Shown here one piece after another: positions 59,401-64,000 of a DNA stretch of 64,000 nucleotides (within the stretch, counting starts at the first letter, position 1; every line of letters starts with the position of its first letter). Below the pieces are notes generated by a model that was not told the DNA's origin, did no database searches, and saw only the letters and a program-made list of their open reading frames with translations. The translations under genes and the position numbers were made by a program. The stretch comes from Podarcis bocagei (lineage: Eukaryota). The stretch is from assembly GCA_964188305.1 (NCBI GenBank), contig OZ076888.1; one strand, written 5' to 3'.

Positions 59401-61077
59401 GATTCTCCTGTGTTGCCACTGTCTTCATTGGGTCTGCTACTCTTACAAGAGTCTGTGCCATTGCCAGCCTTCTGCACAGTGTCCATGTCCATCTCGTCCT
59501 GTGGCTCCCCTTTGCTCAGTTGGCAGGGAGAGAGAAGAGTGGTCTGCAGTGAAGAATTGGACAGGCTGCCTTTCTCTACACGCAAAACAAGGCTGGGTGG
59601 CGGGGAGAGAGCAATTGTGGATGCTTCAGCAGAACTGTCTTCTCTCTCCTTCACAAAACTTACCTCAGGAGCGGCCTTCTCAGCCGGACGCATCTCATCT
59701 CTCTCCTGAGTACTGTTGTTGGAGGCATCTCCTTGTGGGACGGCCACAGCAGGTCTTTTGTCACCATCGCCACTCATGGCCTGGGCTGCTGCTAAGCAGC
59801 TATCACTCGGAAGAGAAGCTCCCTGGCCAGGGCTTGTCAGCACCTCAGGCCTTGGCGCCAGTGTGTTCTCACTCTCCTGTACATGGGAAGTCTTGGCCAA
59901 GGTGCGAACTGTGGGAATCTCACAGCACTCACCGTTGTAGTAGTATCCACGAGTGCTCTTCCTTGCCGTCTTCCTAGAGGAGACCACCCTCTTGCTCTCA
60001 AAGTGGCACTCTGTAATGGGCTGGCTGATATAAACAACATCGCATTGGTTGTCATAGTCATTAATTCTCAACCCTGAAGGCCTTTTGCTCTTACGTGTGC
60101 TTTTGGTGGAGGATGAGTTACTCTTGGTCCTGGAGTGTCCATTGGTGGTTTTGTGGTGAACCACTGGCACAGGGCTATTGGATAGCCAGCCGTCCTTGGC
60201 ATTCTCCACATGGGTCTTGTCAACAGGTTGCATGTTATAGCTCCCCTTGCTTTTCCCTGAAGCCTGGAGGTGGTTCTCTGCCTTCAGTCTTGCTTCTTGG
60301 TCATTCATTTCAGTATCTGGGTGCAAAGAGGCTTTGGAGCTGCACTGCAAGGCATTCTCTTTGTCTGCTCTCCTAGGGGAGTTGGTGGTGAAGCCTGGCT
60401 CTCGTGTTTCCTCTGGGAAAGCTTTAAAAGTGTTCTTCTGGGAGCCCACCAGACCGTCTTCACTCATGTGTATGTTTGTTGCTTTCACAGCATTGTAGCC
60501 TCCCAGCAAAGCTCTATTTTGCACCTGGTCTTTGTCATCCTCACCTTTCCTACCCCCCATCTCTTGGTCACTACCAAGGGCTTGGCCTTCCAGACTTTTA
60601 GCAGAGTGATGGGAATTGGAGGCAGTGAGGTATCCTTGAGAGGGACTGTCCCTGGGACTTGCAGAACTTGTTCTAACGCTAGGAAGCTCAGGGAAGTCTC
60701 TTCGGACAACTGGGCTGCAGTTTTCCCTTCTATCTGTAGATTTCAGATCCACAGCCTGCTTCAGGGCATGGCAAAGTTTGCGCAGAGAGCCATGAGATCC
60801 TGATTGCTCTGTGTCCAGGGTAGAAGGGAGCTTTGATTCAGAGCAAGAAGTTCCAAGCTCCTGGTTCTCAGTGCGATACTGGCTGCAGCCAGAGCTACAA
60901 GTGGACACATCCATGTTTTCTGCTCCAGGTAACTGCTGTCCCTCACAGCCTGTCTGTACTTCAGTGCAAATGTCGTTTAGGACACGGACGAAGTGCTTCT
61001 GATGGTACGTGCACAGTCTGACCATAAATTTTTCCAACGGAGATTTCGGCTGGCCAAGACAATCTGCAGCATCCTCA
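56415..61077 (-). CDS. LCOR: LCOR alternative terminal exon (C10orf12 / PALI1 isoform), coding part, about 1553 aa
   Basis: Long ORF with KSPLEKFMVRLC, SGLRINDYDNQCDVVYISQPITECHFE and the PIP-domain motifs FVEWCAEEENQEL and LKKHLKKF; polypyrimidine tract plus TAG acceptor on - strand at 61078-61100; phase-2 entry. Confidence 0.95.
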
Positions 61078-61412
61078 CTAGAGAGAGGGAGAGAGAAAGA
61101 ATCAGTAAAGTTGGGTAGCAAATCACTTTACACTGCAAATCTTCACAACTCTCTCTCTCCTTTCTGCTCCCCTACATTGCATGCTCTACGAAGATGGCAG
61201 CTCCAATTGTCTACCTAAAATGAGCAGGCAACTAAAGCAAAAGCTCAAGATTATGTTTGTCATTTCTCCCTTGCCTCCTCATGGCTCACCTATGTCCTCA
61301 ATACATTAAACACTGAAAAGTTATTGGGACAAACCTTGCTTTATCCCTTCACATTTGTCCCTTAGAAAGATTGGTTCTAGGGGAAACTAATCTGAACTAG
61401 CTGGAAAACAAC

Positions 61413-61667
61413 TACAGTCATACCTTGGCTTTCAAACGTCTTGTGAGTCAAACGTTTTCGGCTCCCGAATGTCGCAAACCCAGAAGTGACTGTTCCGGTT
61501 TGCAAACTATTTTTGGAACCTGAATGTCCGACGAGGCTTCCACGGCTTCTGATTGGCTGCAGGAGCTTCCTGCAGCCAATCAGAAGCCACACTTTGGTTT
61601 TTGAATGTTTTGGAAGTTGAACAAACTTCCAGAAGAGATTCCGTTTGATTTCCAAGGTACGACTGTA
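61413..61667. mobile_element. Tc1/mariner (Tigger-like) MITE
   Basis: TAcagtcataccttgg ... ccaaggtacgactgTA; internal 21-bp-arm palindrome. Confidence 0.85.
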
Positions 61668-62690
61668 CCAGATTCCCCATTTCCCTGCAGACATTTCCCC
61701 ATTTCAGGCAATGAACAGACTGCCATCACTGCTCTGGGAATCTGGCCGAAGGGAAGGCCAAATATCTCTGTAAGTAAAATAAATATTCTCTTCCCAAAGT
61801 CCTCAACAGCTTCACAGGGGCAGGAGTTTAGGAAGACACAGACACCCAACAATAAATAGTCTTTATAACAGCTATATACATGAGATCCTTAGCATACTTA
61901 GACTGAATAGCCAACCTATAGACAATAGCATTTGCCCTCTCCGCATCAGCCACCACAATTCCATAAACATGAAGATTTGAAAGAGCTGTTTTGAATAATA
62001 ATTAACTCAACAGGTGTGGAAGGATGTGGCAGCCCTGAGGACAGCAAGGGGCTGGGGGATGGCAGCTGGAGTGTTTGAGAACAGCAAAGCATCAATAAAC
62101 ATCCCTATCAATCTTTTCCCTCCTGCCCCTAAAGTAGGTAGCCAGGTTCTGATTTATATATAACATATAATCCAGTGGCTAGGCTGCGGGTAGAGAAGAT
62201 ACATCATCCTAGAGAGTGAGCAGCATTATCTCTTGACAGCTACTGAATAAAACTATCAACCTTTCCGTCTTTGGGAAGTGCATGAAAAATTATTCACTCT
62301 CACTCATTATTGAACTCAGGAGCTGCACTACTGAAGCGGTTCATATGTTAATGGCAAGCTAGGTGACAAGGCCTTGTGCTCATGTTTTCCTCCTCCTTGT
62401 GCCCCACTTCAGTTAGTTACTTCCTCTTTAGGACAAATCACAGTTTGCCATCACATCTAATCTGGCAAACTGTGGTTCACACCTATTCTCCAAGCAGGAA
62501 TACAAACAAGTTTTGAAGCATAGTGTGCAATCTTGGAGAGCAAGCACAGAAGCCATAGTTTGTGCTCTGATGAAATGGCATCTGAACAGAGGAGAGCTAT
62601 GGACTATCGTGTGTGCTAAAGAGAAGGAAACTAACTGAACCTGAGTATGGGAGGGAATAGAGTTGTGTGTGAACACAAAGCTTGTTCAAA

Positions 62691-62935
62691 TACAGTCAAA
62701 CCCCGTTTGTCGAATGTAATCCGTTCCAGAAGCCCATTTGGCTTCTGAAATATTCGACAACCAAGGCACAGCTTCCGATTGGTTGCAGGAGCTTCCTGCA
62801 CTCAAGCGGAAGCCACATCAGATGTTTGGCTTCCGAAAAATGTTCAAAACCCAGAGCATTTACCTCTGGGTTTTCGGTGTTCAGGAGCCAAAACGTTCCA
62901 AAACGGAGGTGTTCAGGATCCGAGGTTTGACTATA
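62691..62935. mobile_element. Tc1/mariner (Tigger-like) MITE, same family, opposite orientation
   Basis: TAcagtcaaacc ... ggtttgactaTA; shares gattgg..gcaggagcttcctgca core. Confidence 0.8.
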
Positions 62936-63812
62936 GTACCAAACCATGTCTGAATGGAGCCACTATTAGAAGCTGGCTACTGATTCCAACAAAAAAGCAT
63001 TCACATTAGTTTCTTATCAGGATTGCTCAGGCCTATCTCTCACAAATGAGTGAATACTCCTGTTTCTCAGCTGTACCATTGCAGATTTCTGTTAGGGGCT
63101 CAACAAGATTGAATGCTCTTCCATTAAAAAAAATGCATAGAAAACTAGATGGCTAGGAGAAGGATCCTTGCCTTTCTCTCTAACATGTTAGTTTTCTATG
63201 TGTATTTCTTTTGAATGGAGAAACATTCAATCACTTTAAATCTCTAACCATTTACTGAAGTGGTACAGTCCAAACACAGGTTTGCCACATGAGACAACTA
63301 GAGCTCAGATTGCCTGAAGTGGAAACTTATACTCTTATTTTGTAGCTTCTCTTTACCTGAGCTCTAATTGTTGGGTACATAAACCTCATATCTGAATATT
63401 TGCAAGCCCACATAATCCATGGAAACTTCCTTTCCAGCTCATTCATAAACAGTGTTTGCCAATCTCTGAATCAGAATGGTATGAAGTATCTTAAGTAAAT
63501 ATATAATTGTTCAGTCCAATACATATTCAAATGCATGCATAGGACATCATCCTAGAAAACAGGTTTTTTTCAATCTAGTTTACTAATTATACTGAGATGT
63601 CAAATCAACATTCAATTACAATGTCAATCAAGCAGTTCCACAGAAACTGGAGAAAGAATCAATGGAAAAAGTGACCGAACTAATGATGTAAACCAAGCTT
63701 TCCATTCGGTTATTTGACTATCCTTGAGAAAGTCGGGCAAACTTAACAACTATCGTCAGTAAGCTAAAATGATAGAACCTTGGCCTAACTGAAACCCTGT
63801 CACAGTTCAAAG

Positions 63813-63900
63813 CAGGGGTAGCCAACGTGGTACCTGTTGTTGAACTATAACTCCCATCAACTTCAGCCAGCATGAGCAGTTGTCAGGACAGCAGCCATAT
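63813..63900. mobile_element. hAT-like MITE fragment
   Basis: caggggtagccaac...actataactcccatca. Confidence 0.5.
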
Positions 63901-64000
63901 TTTAGTACTTAAACTGGGCTATAAAGATCCTGGATAGAGTATGGCTTCTCAACAGCATTCCCCTGGGTTCTGTTCAATCACTGTTGGGCTTTCTTTCGTT

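Noticed and set aside
61078-61121. ORF-track extension of the 1568-aa ORF to a TTG start
   Set aside because: This is the polypyrimidine tract and AG acceptor; the ORF is a spliced terminal exon, not a standalone gene
56543-61218. Many + strand ORFs (up to 206 aa) antisense to PALI1
   Set aside because: Shadow frames of a long coding exon; no recognisable domains or splice structure
1-64000. A novel multi-gene biological system
   Set aside because: All substantial coding signal is explained by SLIT1 and LCOR/PALI1 in their known syntenic arrangement

Overview
This is vertebrate genomic DNA. The SINE content (Sauria SINE/Squam1 plus other squamate tRNA-SINEs) points to a squamate, most likely a lacertid lizard (inference). 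Two genes lie tail-to-tail. On the + strand is SLIT1: 1-11890 is the 3' part of the long intron 4, followed by 33 coding exons (numbered 5-37 by homology to human) from 11891 to the stop at 43585. All have canonical AG/GT ends and phases that splice into one open frame (4192 nt: LRR domains, EGF1-6, LamG, EGF7-9, cystine knot), then a 3'UTR of about 2.8 kb. On the - strand is the giant alternative terminal exon of LCOR (C10orf12 / PALI1 isoform, a PRC2 accessory subunit), coding 61077-56415, with an inferred 3'UTR of about 8 kb ending near 48250. The introns hold many SINEs, LINE fragments and hAT or Tc1/mariner MITEs, several with clear TSDs. I found no evidence of a wholly new multi-gene system. 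The most interesting signals are fine-scale: a neural-type 24-nt microexon with an unusual junction codon, lineage-specific changes in SLIT1 EGF3 and the cleavage linker, histone-mimic and PxDLS motifs in PALI1, a bidirectional poly(A) signal between the convergent genes, an inverted MITE pair next to the PALI1 acceptor, and hairpin- or promoter-motif-laden MITEs. All comparisons to human proteins are from memory and need alignment to confirm.
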